A stretch of 63,604 nucleotides of DNA, the filler included, from Phoronis australis (Eukaryota > Animalia > Phoronida): the NCBI GenBank assembly GCA_002633005.1. It is 8 parts of 8 records of this genome, joined end to end, with 100 filler letters (N's around TTAATTAATTAA, not from the genome) between each part and the next. Parts side by side here need not be neighbours in the genome. Positions count along the whole stretch, not along the records: positions 49,684 to 52,837 come from NMRA01003185.1; positions 52,938 to 60,917 come from NMRA01000827.1; positions 61,018 to 63,604 come from NMRA01003583.1; 5 more parts are not named here. One strand, written 5' to 3'. Both the position numbers and the translations under genes were made by a program. A model generated the notes under the pieces. That model had not been told where the DNA came from. It did not search any database and saw only the letters and a program-made list of their open reading frames with translations. This document shows, piece after piece, positions 50,287 through 62,600 of the stretch (its first letter is position 1; every line of letters starts with the position of its first letter).

Positions 50287-51306
50287 GGGAAGTTCGAGGA
50301 AATTTGGACGAAACCACCTAGCTCGACTTGCTTACCTGCTACTGAAGGTTTATGTGTCAGCTAATAACATTAGACGAGTACTGGGATATCTGAAAATCTT
50401 TTGAGAAACCAACCAATAAGATTCTCCGTTACTAGGTCAGTTTCAATGCCTTTGAATTTTAAGAATAACTATGGTCAAAATCGGGGAAATTCGGATGCAG
50501 GTGGTGAAAGTCGGACAGAGTGTCGGGGAAATTAGGACCAGCAAATTCTGAGTAGGTAAAACTCAGACAAAATATATAACAGTACCTTATGATTTCAAAA
50601 AATGAATTTAGTTATTATTTAGCAGTCTTATCATCAGACGAATAATAAAATTTAAGAAGTCATCATGTCCTGGCCACATAAACAACGTAAAAGTACGTCC
50701 GCCCTTACCAATTTGTGTGCAGCCCACGTGGTAAACAGCGCCATTGTTGTTGACAAATTAAGTTTTGGATTGACCTCTTAACAAAGGAGGTCATCACGTG
50801 ATTACAAAAATATCAAGAAAACGTCAAGAAAAGAGTCTAGTAGCCTAAAAACATGGGTGTCCAAATTTCCCTGCAGCATGCAAAAAGTTGGAGGGGAAAT
50901 TCGGACACCCATATTTTGATTAAATCATGCTTTTTTGTTAGTTTTTTCTATTAGAATTAACACATAAAACTGCATAGTGATGAATTATGCATCAGGTAAA
51001 TTCAAGTTCATTTACATGACAAGTGACCAAGTGACCTAAATAAAACTTGGAAAAGACAGTGTTCCTAGCGCAGACTTTCGAAATCACCACGCGAAGCAGA
51101 CGGCAGAGCAACAAGGTGCTGAACATGCCTCATGTGTTGAAATTTTGTTGTAATTCAAGTTAGGTGATAAATAAATTCCTATTGTTCAGAGAAGTGAATA
51201 GTCTTTTCATTTAGTGGTAAGGCAGCTTGATTGTTAATATATTTGATGTTTATTTAGACTTGTTCGAATTTTACCGCCTTCTGTCAGAGTTTCACCGAAC
51301 TACCCC
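50287..51306. mobile_element. ~1-kb non-autonomous TIR element flanked by TA (Tc1/mariner-pogo-like)
   Basis: Left TA|GGGAAGTTCGAGGAAATTTGGAC; right reverse complement TA|GGGGTAGTTCGGTGAAACTCTGAC. GGGGAAATT(C/A)GGA is reiterated internally at ~50482, 50525 and 50893. Confidence 0.65.
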
Positions 51307-51411
51307 TACCTGATGCCACTTGAAATGTTAGATGTTCTGGTCTGCCTGACAACGTTGTTTTGTTACCGCTAATCTACAAAGTGATGTGCTTTTGAACTTG
51401 TTTAATTTCAG

Positions 51412-52774
51412 TAAGGGAATCCTATTTACACGTTCCATTGAGTTACGCACACGACGGAGAAGAAGCTTACTCTGAAGTGGTCATGGGCGTCACCCGACCG
51501 TAAGTTCAGTCATTGCCACTGTATACGCTTTTGTGTACGTTGGCTGTGCAAATTTCCGCTGGTGCTAAACACAGCACTGGCTTCTGCAGATTTGAGCTTT
51601 CTCATGCACTCAGAAAGACACATGCTCTTGTATGGGCACACGGTGCAACAGGTGCCTGATATTCATTGTGGAGATGAAGAGAACATAAATATACGAATAC
51701 GGAATATACGCTTAATCTTGGATCTTTGATTGGAACTTCCGTCATCGTCAGAGAAGCGAAATCTAAAACAATTGGTGCGAAACGTAAGAAAAGTTCAATC
51801 ATGTGTATTTTCAGGTTAGTTGTTTTAGATTTATCTCCCCTGATGATCAAACGTAATTATGTTCCAATTAAAGATCCATGAATAAAATGTATATTATATG
51901 TGTGTTTAATATGCTCCCTTCATTTTTGCAATGAATATCGGGAACCTGTTGCATTGTGTGCGTGTACAAGTATTGACTGTTTGCACTCCACTTTGGGCTG
52001 GTTCAATGTGGATATGTATAGGGATTACCATGGGTTTTACTGTTATACAGATGTCTTCATGGCATGGCATTCGAGTATCTTTGGAACAAAATACAACCAG
52101 TGAATCAGGCTCACGTGAGAGATATTAGGTCTTTTGCCAATAGTAATCTCTTACGCAATAAAAGCAAGACTAATTTTGGCAAACACTAATTGTTCTACTT
52201 TGGTGCTGTGTTATGGAACCATCTCAATTAGGATGTCTACCAGAGTGAATTTAAATCCTGGTATCTGTGTATTGTTTAATTAAGCAATAAGTATTCAAGT
52301 CAGTATTACCTCTGCAATACGTTGTGCAAAGATAACACCATCTAGTGTCATTCTCTACAAACTACATGGCTTCGGTGTGAAGTGTTGTCATTTGCATTAG
52401 CTAAGGTTGTCCTTTGGACTATCATACAATAACATCTAACTAATTTTGGCAAAAGTAGTTTTCAAGAATGCCCTGTTTTAATTTTCAAGGGGTCCTAACA
52501 TTGTTGCGAATGCCCACAATTTTTCAAAGCTACGTTTCATGGTATCTGTGTGACAAAACTTGACCATGGAATATTATTTAATTTTGTGCTACGTATGTTT
52601 TGTGGAAATAATGACAGAACATAATTTCACTTGTGGGCCAATTTTACAGAAAAAAATTCACAAAGAAATTTTTGATGAAATGTCATCATGGTTCATTGGT
52701 TTGACCTTTATAGGTTGATTTTTGGTGACCATGGCACATTGCTCTTTGCAGAACATTGCGAAAACAAAGCACGG
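51412..52774 (+). CDS. Two candidate coding exons of an unidentified gene
   Basis: TTTCAG|51412-51499|GTAAGT and TTTGCAG|52752-52774|GTGAGT are phase-compatible and open: RESYLHVPLSYAHDGEEAYSEVVMGVTRP/TLRKQST. Confidence 0.35.
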
Positions 52775-52938
52775 GTGAGTCTGGACACTACGTAGACTGG
52801 GGAGATCTGGAGTCTACTGAGGACCATCCAGTCACGANNNNNNNNNNNNNNNNNNNNNNNNNNNNNNNNNNNNNNNNNNNNTTAATTAATTAANNNNNNN
52901 NNNNNNNNNNNNNNNNNNNNNNNNNNNNNNNNNNNNNG

Positions 52939-53464
52939 ACCATAAGTTGTCCTTAGCCAAGCGCTGAAATTTCCAGAAAAAATCGTCCCATTTGCCTTTT
53001 TCCCCTTGAAAAACTAATTTAGACGGGGCATTTGGCCTTAAACTATAGGGACGGGTGTGGGTAGACGGAGCAACCGTTCGGCTACCAGAACTCTGGGCAC
53101 GCACAGGCGAAGAAGAATCCTGCTTAGAGGAGTACTTTCTTCTTACTGCAACAGGGGATTTATTTAACCTGTCACAGGCCTGGGCAATGCCACTTAAGTC
53201 CTGGGGCAAACGGGTACGTACAGGACTACCCAGAGGAGAGGTATCTCGGGACTGAACATCACCATACTGGGTGAAATCAATGCCAGAAATAGCACTCCTC
53301 ATCAACCTCCATCCGGAATGGATGTGGTTAACATTCTCCTGGGTTATCGGCTGAGTTTGCCGAAAAGCCAGAATAGATTGGGCAATATCTTCTGTCATGC
53401 CCGAGAGCTTGAATAACTCTTGGGAAAGACAGAAGTTTATTGGGACCCTGTCTTGGAAAGACAT
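52939..53464 (-). CDS. Gypsy Gag N-terminal part, partial
   Basis: MSFQDRVPINFCLSQELFKLSGMTEDIAQSILAFRQ (HhH-like)...PSKLVFQGEKGKWDDFFWKFQRLAKDNLW (capsid N-terminal FxG..W..F..KF...A....W motif), open up to the gap. Confidence 0.75.
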
Positions 53465-54088
53465 ATTAACACACGGCACACGGGGCTTCGTCTTAGAAAA
53501 CCACGTGGTCACGTGACCTATTCTAGAATTCCTAGAAAGGTTTCAAACTTAACTAAAATACAAAACAATAAATACAAACTATACTATATACAATTAAATA
53601 ACTATTTACAATATACCTACAACTACTACCCTAAACTAACGCAAAACGCTGGAAATACTCGCAAACCTGAAGTCAGGCACTGCAATAGCAGTGACGCACG
53701 TGGCTGTCAAAATGGGCACGAGAAAACAAGTTATGAAAACTTATTTCCCGCCACCACCGAAAGACACGCACGCCTCTCCAACACCGGGAAATAGGTGCCA
53801 ACTACGCCAAATGTTGTAATAATGTGTGTCGGTTGGCCGAGAGGACACACAAGTTCGGGCCTATTAACACGGTGCAAGAGAACAATCTGGAGGATACTCA
53901 CATTGCGTCCGCACAGGACGGCAGCGAACTCCAGAAGGCCCAGACGATCTTGTCACGTGGTCGGAGTGTGACATCGGCTGGGCTCTTCTGGCGTTAGATG
54001 TCGCACCAGGCCAAGACCAACATTGACACGAAAAGGACATCACAACATAGAGACGCCACAGCCGAGACTGACGTCGACATTTACTACA
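52939..54088 (-). mobile_element. Ty3/Gypsy LTR retrotransposon 5' end (LTR, PBS, start of gag), cut by a gap
   Basis: LTR 54088-53812 (TGTAGTAA...TTACAACA). PBS TGGCGTAGTTGGCA at 53809-53796 is complementary to the tRNA-Ser 3' end. A gag ORF follows. Confidence 0.88.
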
Positions 54089-54930
54089 TCCTTAATAATG
54101 ATAAACTAGAAATGGATTTTTTCTGTAAAGAAACTGACAAACACCAATATCTGTCATATCACTCATGTCATCCCTTTCAGTGTAAGAAAATCCTTCCATA
54201 TAGTCTTGCTCTTAGAATTCAACGCATTTTTTCAGAAGAAACTGCCTTTAATAACCGTTTAAAAGAACTCAAACATTACTCACTTCAACGCCATTTCCCC
54301 TTGCATCTTATACACTAACAGTTTGACACAAAGTTCACTCAATCACAAGAAATCAATCTTTAAGAACAAAAGCGAAAGATAATACTATTAATAGAATACC
54401 TTTCATAACCATGTTCAATCCATGTTTCAACGGAATTAGCCACATCTTCAGAAAACATCGTCCCACGCTGCATATTTCCCCTCAATTGAAAAACCTATTT
54501 CCTCATCCACCAATAATTTCTTGGAGAAAATGTAAAAGCTTGAAAAGTTATTTAGTTAGAGCAAATTTAGACTATAAAAACCAAACTGACAAACCTATTG
54601 ACAACAAACAATGTAACAAATCTAGATGTAAAATGTGTAACTTTATCAACGATAATACTTCCTTCCAGTCTTCTCAAACCAATGAACACTTCGAAATAAA
54701 ACATTACTCTGACTGCACTACCAACTATATCATTTACCTAACAACATGTAGAAAATGTTCCATTCAATATGTAGGACAAACTCAACATAATCTTCAAACC
54801 CGGTTTCACAATCATAGATTTAACATAACACATAAAAACATTTCTGATACTATAAGTAATCATTTTAATTCTAAAAAACATAATCTACAAGATATTTCTG
54901 TACAAATGATAGAGAAACTCCAATACCCCA
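54089..54930 (+). mobile_element. Penelope-like retroelement remnant (RT thumb plus GIY-YIG endonuclease)
   Basis: KETDKHQYLSYHSCHP...LPYSLALRIQRIFSEE; IPFITMFNP; CNKSRCKMC; CTTNYIIYLTTCRKCSIQYVGQT...RFHNHR...SNHFNSKKH. Stop and frameshift near 54318. Confidence 0.92.
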
Positions 54931-54936
54931 GTACCC

Positions 54937-55090
54937 CAGTCATATTATATCAGTCATATTATATCAGTCATATTATATCAGTCATATTATATCAGTCATA
55001 TTATATCAGTCATATTATATCAGTCATATTATATCAGTCATATTATATCAGTCATATTATATCAGTCATATTATATCAGTCATATTATAT
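54937..55090. repeat. 14-bp minisatellite (CAGTCATATTATAT) x11, perfect
   Basis: Seen directly. Confidence 0.97.
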
Positions 55091-55404
55091 CAGGCGTATA
55101 ATGCCTGATGTTGATAGCTTTTAATCCCTGATTTGTTGAGGAATCTCCATGTTCTCACTGTCTTAAATGCTAGCAGACTCCCAGTCAATGATATGGTTTT
55201 GTTCTTGAGCATGCTCAGATTCAGCTGAAGACCACGATCCAAGCCTCAGATTTTCTGTGCCAATCAATACAGGTTTTTAACTGACGACCAAACTTTCGGC
55301 CCTCAAGAGAGAAGGCACAATCCACTAGGTATACAACATCGTACTTATGATCAGTTCACTTGGCATGCAATCCACAGTTGATACTGTTGTAATTGCTGAA
55401 ATTT

Positions 55405-55475
55405 CTCTTGAACCCGGGAATCGAACCAGCGATCCTGATAAAATCGGCAAGCGTGCTAAGCATTCTGCTTATAAG
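55405..55475 (-). mobile_element. Degenerate tRNA-like SINE head
   Basis: Minus strand shows B box GGTTCGATTCCCGG and A-box-like AAGCAGAATGCTTAGC. Confidence 0.4.
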
Positions 55476-57877
55476 CTTTTCCCCATTAACGAGTGGCTAA
55501 CAGAGGCTCATATGATTCACCGGAAGCACATTTACAATTACAGTACTTAAGCCTGTGCATGACATAGGTCTTGATATGGAACACGAAGAGACACCTTTGT
55601 ACTGCTAGTGGTAGTGTAGAAAAATCTGCCAACTCAGAGACTTGAAGCAGGGTTTCCCACATGAGAGCTGAGCGTCCAAACCATTTGGCAAGAGTCAATT
55701 GGTTAGTAATTTAGAGAGGCATTTTACAACTCGACATCAAAGCCGGAATTCACATGTCAGAACACTCCTCTGTCTTATACTCTTGAGTTCCGAAAAGTTG
55801 TTGAGGCAGCAATAATAGTATAGACAAAAACTTTTCCCGCAAATAGCAAAGGCTAATCTAAACTCTGTGAACTTAAATTTGCCAAGGACCAATAAGTAAG
55901 ATGCAACCTTTCCTACATGGGGTAAATAGTTTTGCCAACTTTTTTTCTTGAATTGCCCGGTTTTTCTCAGTTTGACTTTATGGTGTCCAAATCTGGCAGT
56001 AACTGTCCCCTTGATGTGGGTATCTCTCTGTAGATATGAAAGAGCATTGTTCATTGAAATGACAACATGATGCTTTAGTCACTATCCAAGAGAGAGGCCA
56101 GGGGTCTCAAAAGTTTGAGAAAAGTCTTTAAGATCAAGATTAAGTACTTTTCATTTGTTTCAGTATTTGATTGTTTCACCTCATTCAGAACTACTGTTAG
56201 TTTTGCGATTCTCTGTGGCGTGCTTTTAATAAGGTTAGACATAGTTTCATCTGATAGTTTTTCCGTGATACTTGGGGACGCGATGTTTTAGGGTCAAGCT
56301 CATAAGTCAATGTGCATCCGATTTTTGACAATCTTGATAAATTAGGTCACCACAATTTGGAAGCAATATGTCTGTGAAATGACATGCATCAGCATTTAGC
56401 TCATTGATCTGACTCAAAAATGAAATCATATTTAGAAATTTGTAACAGCATTTTTGAGATCTCACTTTGAACATTTACATCAAATAATTCATAACATTAT
56501 GGGCCTTTCTTTTTTGTTGAATTTTACCAAAAAAGACACAGTCACATGACCCAATTAATGTCAGATTAGTAAAAAGCCAAAACTCAATTGCACAATAATA
56601 TTTTAACTAGTGGCTAAAATAGGACTGTTCTGTTCTCAAATTTAACTGAAAAGCAAGTCCTTACTAACACCAGTTTAGCGTGCTCATTTGAAAACATAAA
56701 TGAATTCCTCCTTAAAGATGTACTCGCACGCTCCTAACTGTTCTAATGTAAAGCAGGAACTAAATGACCAAGCTATTTGAACATCATCTACATTAAACAA
56801 AGTGCAGTACTGTTGTGTTCATTGACAAATTGTAAAATGTGAAAACAAAAAAAAAATGCTAGTAGGTGACTTTTGCACTAATGTCGTACCTGGTGGGCTC
56901 AGATAGCCCACATCATGCAGTGTTATTCCTCAGTACCACGACACGATACTTACTAGACACTGTTAAGTGATTTATGGCGGATCACTTTTGATTCAAAACT
57001 CGTTCCTAAAAACATTTGGCGATTTTCAACCTACTTCATATTCGCATGTTGTGTTTCCAACTACGTAATATGACCAAGCAATTACATAGATAAGGAATTA
57101 GCGTGCAAGTTCCACTTAAAGAACAAAGTGCTCTTTTAAGGTGTATTTCTCAGATCTCCCAAGTGATGTATATCAAATGAAAATTTTATTCGAATAAGGA
57201 ATTTCCTTTGTAGAGAATAACGTTATCAAGGCTTAGCTAGGGCTCGACATAGCAAGCTGCAGGTTGCATTTGCTGAAATTTGGTTATGTGAGCCAAGACT
57301 TTGGCCAACTGGCATTGGGTGTTCCAATTACGCAAACCGAGTCTTTGCATCTCCCTCTGTAACCAACAAAGTAGTGCCAGCTCATGTGAACCCCATTGTT
57401 TCTAAAAAAAACAACCGGTCAGAACCAGTTAACTTAGAGTCACTAAATCAAATGCAGGTGAAAACATTGGACTCGCCAGCCTTTTTTTTTTGACCGCAAT
57501 TTATTTCATGAGCTGGAATTTATGTGACCTAAATTCTACAATGTAACGGGATGACTTCCCGTTATCATAGCATCAAGGGGTGTCACCAACAACTGGGCAG
57601 TGTGTCAAAACTGAATAAATACAAGATAAGAAGACCTTAATGTGCGTTACAAAGAGCATTAACTGCGGCTCAATTCTGACACATTCATTGGCATTTGTGT
57701 TCCTATGATATATTTGGGTTTTCAGTTGTGGGGAAAAATGTGGCTCCATTAGAGCCAAGCCTTCGTGGTTGCAAGGGAACACTGTCAGTTCTAATTCTTG
57801 TATTATAATTGGTCTCCCTATATTTAAAGGTATAATGCTGATCATGGTTTGAGCAAGCAACCCGGTTTTTGTTTTAG

Positions 57878-60800
57878 GAAGTGCTTGGAGACAAGATTCA
57901 CCAGCTGGGGGAGTGGAGTTATCGAAAGTCAGTCATCCGCATGAACGGTGACAAGTTCCGTCAGTACATTAAGAACCCTCCTAGGAACTACTCTGTGGTA
58001 GTCATGTTGACAGCACTGCAGGCCCAGCGCCAGTGTACCGTGTGCAGGTAATCACAATTAGTCGCTTGATATGATTAATAAAAGTAATGTGTACGCGCAT
58101 CATATGTCATGTGATTCAAAGTACAGTAAAGATGGTTGCTGTTTTGTTGAAGCATTTCAAATTGTGAAATACAACAACAATAATGGTTAATAGTGACACT
58201 GATACAGATTAGTAAGTGGGCCGTGATTACAAACATTTCTAAGTTTGGTCAGCACGCCACCTGTTGGTCACATCACATGACGTAATGAATATTAGTCTGA
58301 TAAAATTTTTGCCCCAGAGCGGGACTCGAATTCATTAGGTCACATGATGTGGGTGGTGTGCTGACCAGACTTGAAAATGAATGCGATCTGTATTTCCATG
58401 TTGGTTTGAGATTTACATATTACCCATATGTCATCATGATTGATGACGCATGATTTTGCCTGTGCAAGAGTTTCAAATGTATCTCAAGAATAGCCCAAAT
58501 CACAGTAATTGTTACACTGTCATACTGTTGCAAATGCTGTAGTCATGTTCTTCTTACATTCTGTGGTTTTCAGGCAAGCCAGTGATGAGTTTACAATTGT
58601 CGCCAACTCATGGCGCTACTCGCAGCAATACAATAACAGACTGTTTTTTGCAATGGTCGACTACGATGAAGGTCCTGATGTCTTTCAAGCTGTACGTAGC
58701 ATTGTGTACTGAATGTTTCATTTCAACCTTACGTCGTTGCTAGGTAACCTTACTCGGTAACATCAGGTTTATTGGCATATTTAAGGATTGATTGCAATGC
58801 ACATGTAATATGTTGAATCCCCTCACCTGTATACAGTGAACTTTGTGAATAGATATGTTGCTTTATAATTTATGTCGTAAACAATGCGCCTACTGAGCTT
58901 GCAAGTTTTCTTTAAAATGAGGTATTATGGTGACTGAACTCTCTTGGTCTGTGTAAGCCACCCTCTAGCTTATTTACATTGGCATGTTGTTTCACTATGG
59001 AAGTGGAGACTAGCAGGCTGGACCAAAAAAATATCAAGGGCGCAAATGCCTTCAGTCAGGTTAGCAAGCAGCTAATCAAAACCTGGCTTCCGCTTCTTAG
59101 ACTGTAAGGAAGATAAAAATTTATAAAATTTCCCTGGCATGGATGGCTCATTGAAGTGACCGAGAGATCCCATGTTCAAGCCTCGCCATACCCAACGTGC
59201 CAACCATGTGTGTTCCAGACACCAGAGCTCGTTCTTCTGTGAATGTTTTAATGCTTGAAGATGGCCGGAAATATAACTGAAACATCATGCCAATGTAAAT
59301 AGACCAAGAGATATATTACTACATCACAACCTCAAAACGTTTTTAAGAAACCAATATGAGATTTAAGTAAGACAAAACAGCATGCCTACTGTTTTCAGTA
59401 TTCAAGGTGTGATTGGATTTTCAAATCAGGACGGCTAAAGACATTTTATTGAGAGTAGTGAGCCATGATATTGAATATGACTAATATAAAGAGGCAGTGA
59501 CTTTGTGGTCAGGCTCGTTAGGCTATGGTGTAATGTTGATAGTAAGATATTCACAGCATGGCAATTCATCATCAGAATATTAAATGCAACACATGTCTAA
59601 AAGTAATTGTGGTTGAAATGAAATGAATGATATTTAATTATTTTTGCTTGATCTTTAGAATCAAATGGACTCAGTACCTTGTAAGTGTTGGTCTGTTTAC
59701 TGGAATCAATTTTTCCATCTGTCAAGATATAGATTGCATTATAGGCTGCTATGTATTTGTCTGTATTCACCAACATGTCACACTTAGTGTCCTTTTGCAA
59801 CAGTTAACTGAAAGGAGGTGCACAATCAGGCCCCGTAATGGCGTTCTGTCTTGTACAAAGAGAGTTACTCTACAATGCGCTTTGCCTGTTGATTTCAGTT
59901 GGGAATGAACTCTGCCCCTGTGTTCATACATTACCCACCAAAGGGCAAACCCAAGAAGGCGGACACGATGGACATTCACAGGTGAAGTCATGACTGCTGG
60001 TGGTTGAACTAAAACGGTTGAAATCATTGTCATAGCACTGATCTGTGTGTTGTTAGATGTACATGGAGTCACAGCTTGTGAAATCACTTTGCAGTAACTG
60101 ATTTAATATACAGCCTTTCTTATATGTCATTGAGATGTGTGACTGAATGAGAAGGCAGATGTGTGACTGAATGAGAAGGCAGATGTGTGACTTAATGAGA
60201 AGGCAGATGTGTGACTGAATGAGAAGGCAGATGTGTGACTTAATGAGAAGGCAGATGTGTGACTGAATGAGAAGGCAGATGTGTGACTNNNNNNNNNNNN
60301 NAGATGTGTGACTGAATGAGAAGGCAGATGTGTGACTGAATGAGAAGGCAGATGTGTGACTGAATGAGAAGGCAGATGTGTGACTGAATGAGAAGGCAGA
60401 TGTGTGACTGAATGAGAAGGCAGATGTGTGACTGAATGAGAAGGCAGATGTGTGACTTAATGAGAAGGCAGATGCCGTACAAGACACAAGGAATCAAACA
60501 AAATATTCTTCCCTTCTCATGATGACTAATTCTGTTAATAACAAAAAGAACACAGACTGGTAATAACCATTAGGGCTGCAAAATTCTAATTACAATATGG
60601 CTGATAGCCTCTCCACCTTACTGTCCTGTTAATTCATCTCCATTCTGAGTCACGAGGGAAGGCTACTCTCACGATGAATGCGGCGTCCGCCCACCCATCA
60701 TGACGAGGGATTTCTGGGTCACTTTGTCTCAATAGTTTTGGTTTGTACTGTTATGTATGTGGACCTGCTATGATTCTACTTGATTGACCAGAGAATTGGT

Positions 60801-60917
60801 GAGTTAAAGGTAATTCTGGTTCTAGTTAATGAGAACATGAAGTGAACTTTTGCTTTTTAAATTCTAGAATTGGTTTTGCTGCCGAACAGATTGGAAGGTT
60901 CATTGCTGAAAGGACAG
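57878..60917 (+). CDS. TUSC3: TUSC3/MAGT1 (OST3/6-type oligosaccharyltransferase subunit), internal exons
   Basis: Exons 57878-58047 ([38 protein letters not shown], CxxC motif), 58574-58691 ([16 protein letters not shown]...[16 protein letters not shown]), 59899-59981 ([28 protein letters not shown]), 60868-60917+ ([16 protein letters not shown], runs into gap). Phase-compatible. The signal-peptide exon and TM exons are not seen. Confidence 0.95.
58234..58379. mobile_element. Small fold-back MITE in TUSC3 intron
   Basis: AAGTTTGGTCAGCACGCCACC...ACATCACATGACGTAATGAAT is inverted against ATTCATTAGGTCACATGATGTGGGTGGTGTGCTGACCAGACTT. Confidence 0.6.
60133..60475. repeat. 24-bp minisatellite (AGATGTGTGACTGAATGAGAAGGC), about 14 copies
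   Basis: Seen directly; contains a short N run. Confidence 0.97.
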
Positions 60918-62478
60918 NNNNNNNNNNNNNNNNNNNNNNNNNNNNNNNNNNNNNNNNNNNNTTAATTAATTAANNNNNNNNNNNNNNNNNNNNNNNNNNN
61001 NNNNNNNNNNNNNNNNNGTTGTTAATAAGTTTACCTACTCCTAGGAACCAATAAGAGTACTGGGTCCTAGAGTTTACTAATGGTGTTGCATCAATGGGTT
61101 GTATACAGTATACATGGTTATGCTTCCTCCTTGGAGGTCATACACTAATCTTGTGCAATGGGTAAAACCAATGTCATGTGAAAGGGCTTTGCCTGACCCC
61201 TTCTCTTGTTATCCACTGCAGTCTGTGACCTCTGTGATTCATGAGCGATAAAATTTACGGGTGGATATTACACTAAGCATTTTTTATCACAAGTGGTATT
61301 TTTTAATTTCATATACTTATTAAACTGCTCTTTCTTTTTTGGTATTCGCCAGTTTTAAACTGTTCTATTTCTTTTTGTTTATTTCCATTTGATACATGGT
61401 TTATTTATTTATTTATTATTTAAATATATGTATATCTCCATATCATCTTCATTTGCATGTTTTTGTTATTATTATTAATTATTTTACTTGTTCTGCATGT
61501 CATTTCACTTTCTTAATGTTTGTACTGTTTTGTAAAATGTCTGCTTAGATCATAATGTACAATTCCTTAACCAATTGAAAGCATTCTGAGGTTTAAAGAA
61601 TGTTACCAGCTCTTCTGATCTTGATTTGTTAGCTAATAAACCAGCAACTTAAGTCGGAAGCAATGCAAACCCGGTCCATTTTCGAGTTCGCAGTTTTGAG
61701 GTTGGTCAAACGTTTTCGACTCGCTGATGGTTTTGATGTTCTTGTTGTTTACAGGTATAGAATCCTAGGAGGAATACAATAATTTAATAATGAGAATTTA
61801 TGAGAGTATCGTAATGGTCTAATTGGATTTTTGTTTCTAGCCATCTAACTGGGGCGAAATGCAGTTATAACTGAGAAGTACACGATGATTGCCAATTGAG
61901 GGGGGTAGACCTTTGTCCACAGAATGTAATCAGTTTATTTGTTTACTGGCGTATTTACAGCATTATGCCTTTGCTGACTTCAACAGATGCCATCGGACAT
62001 TCCCCACATACATGTCTGGGATACCGTTGATATTTAGGTTGTACTATAATCAAATTTAGTTTCATTCACATGTAAAAAAATTAAGTTACCCGAAGTTTCT
62101 GAAATTTATGTCAGCTTGTTTGGCCCAAGGATGTTATTGTTGAAGTTTGCCTATATTATCTGTGAGTTATTGATAAAATATCACTTTAGTGTCACAGCTG
62201 TGTAATTTTGTCGGTAATTCCAGAGTGAGTGAGTGTGATGAAGTATTGACCGATCAGAGAACCTTAATTTATGAGGTTACAGTTCACATGCCCGGGATTC
62301 CACATGAAAAGAAAATGCAAAATAGTATTCCGAGTGTTCTAGCACGTCTAGCTTGTGATATTCGGGACCAGATTTTGTAGGTGAAGACTTACTTGATGTT
62401 GTAATATTTTTTCGCTGACAAGTGAAAATGCATTAAAATACTCTCAAAATATTTGTCTCCCCTGGGTTATGTCTTCCT

Positions 62479-62600
62479 GGGGCCTGTTTCATGAAAAGTG
62501 ACTTAAAGACATTTTTAAATACTTAAAAGTATTCAACAACAAATATTTGTCTAAGTTAAGACTAAATTTCCAGTTAAGACCAGAGTCCAAAATTCAAAAA
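62479..62600. mobile_element. Harbinger-like MITE end (GGGGCCTGTTTCATGAAAAGTGACTTAA); related fragment at ~12530
   Basis: GGGGCC-type terminus followed by CTTAA/TTAAG repeats; similar to GGAGCACGTTCCATGAAAACTGACTCAAG at 12530. Confidence 0.4.

Noticed and set aside
60053-60497. Repetitive ORFs ([16 protein letters not shown]) or a CRISPR-like array
   Set aside because: Translations of a spacerless 24-bp minisatellite inside a TUSC3 intron.
13141-60917. TMX3 and TUSC3 as a functional ER thioredoxin-fold gene cluster
   Set aside because: More than 40 kb and several unverified gaps apart, with no sequence evidence of co-regulation.
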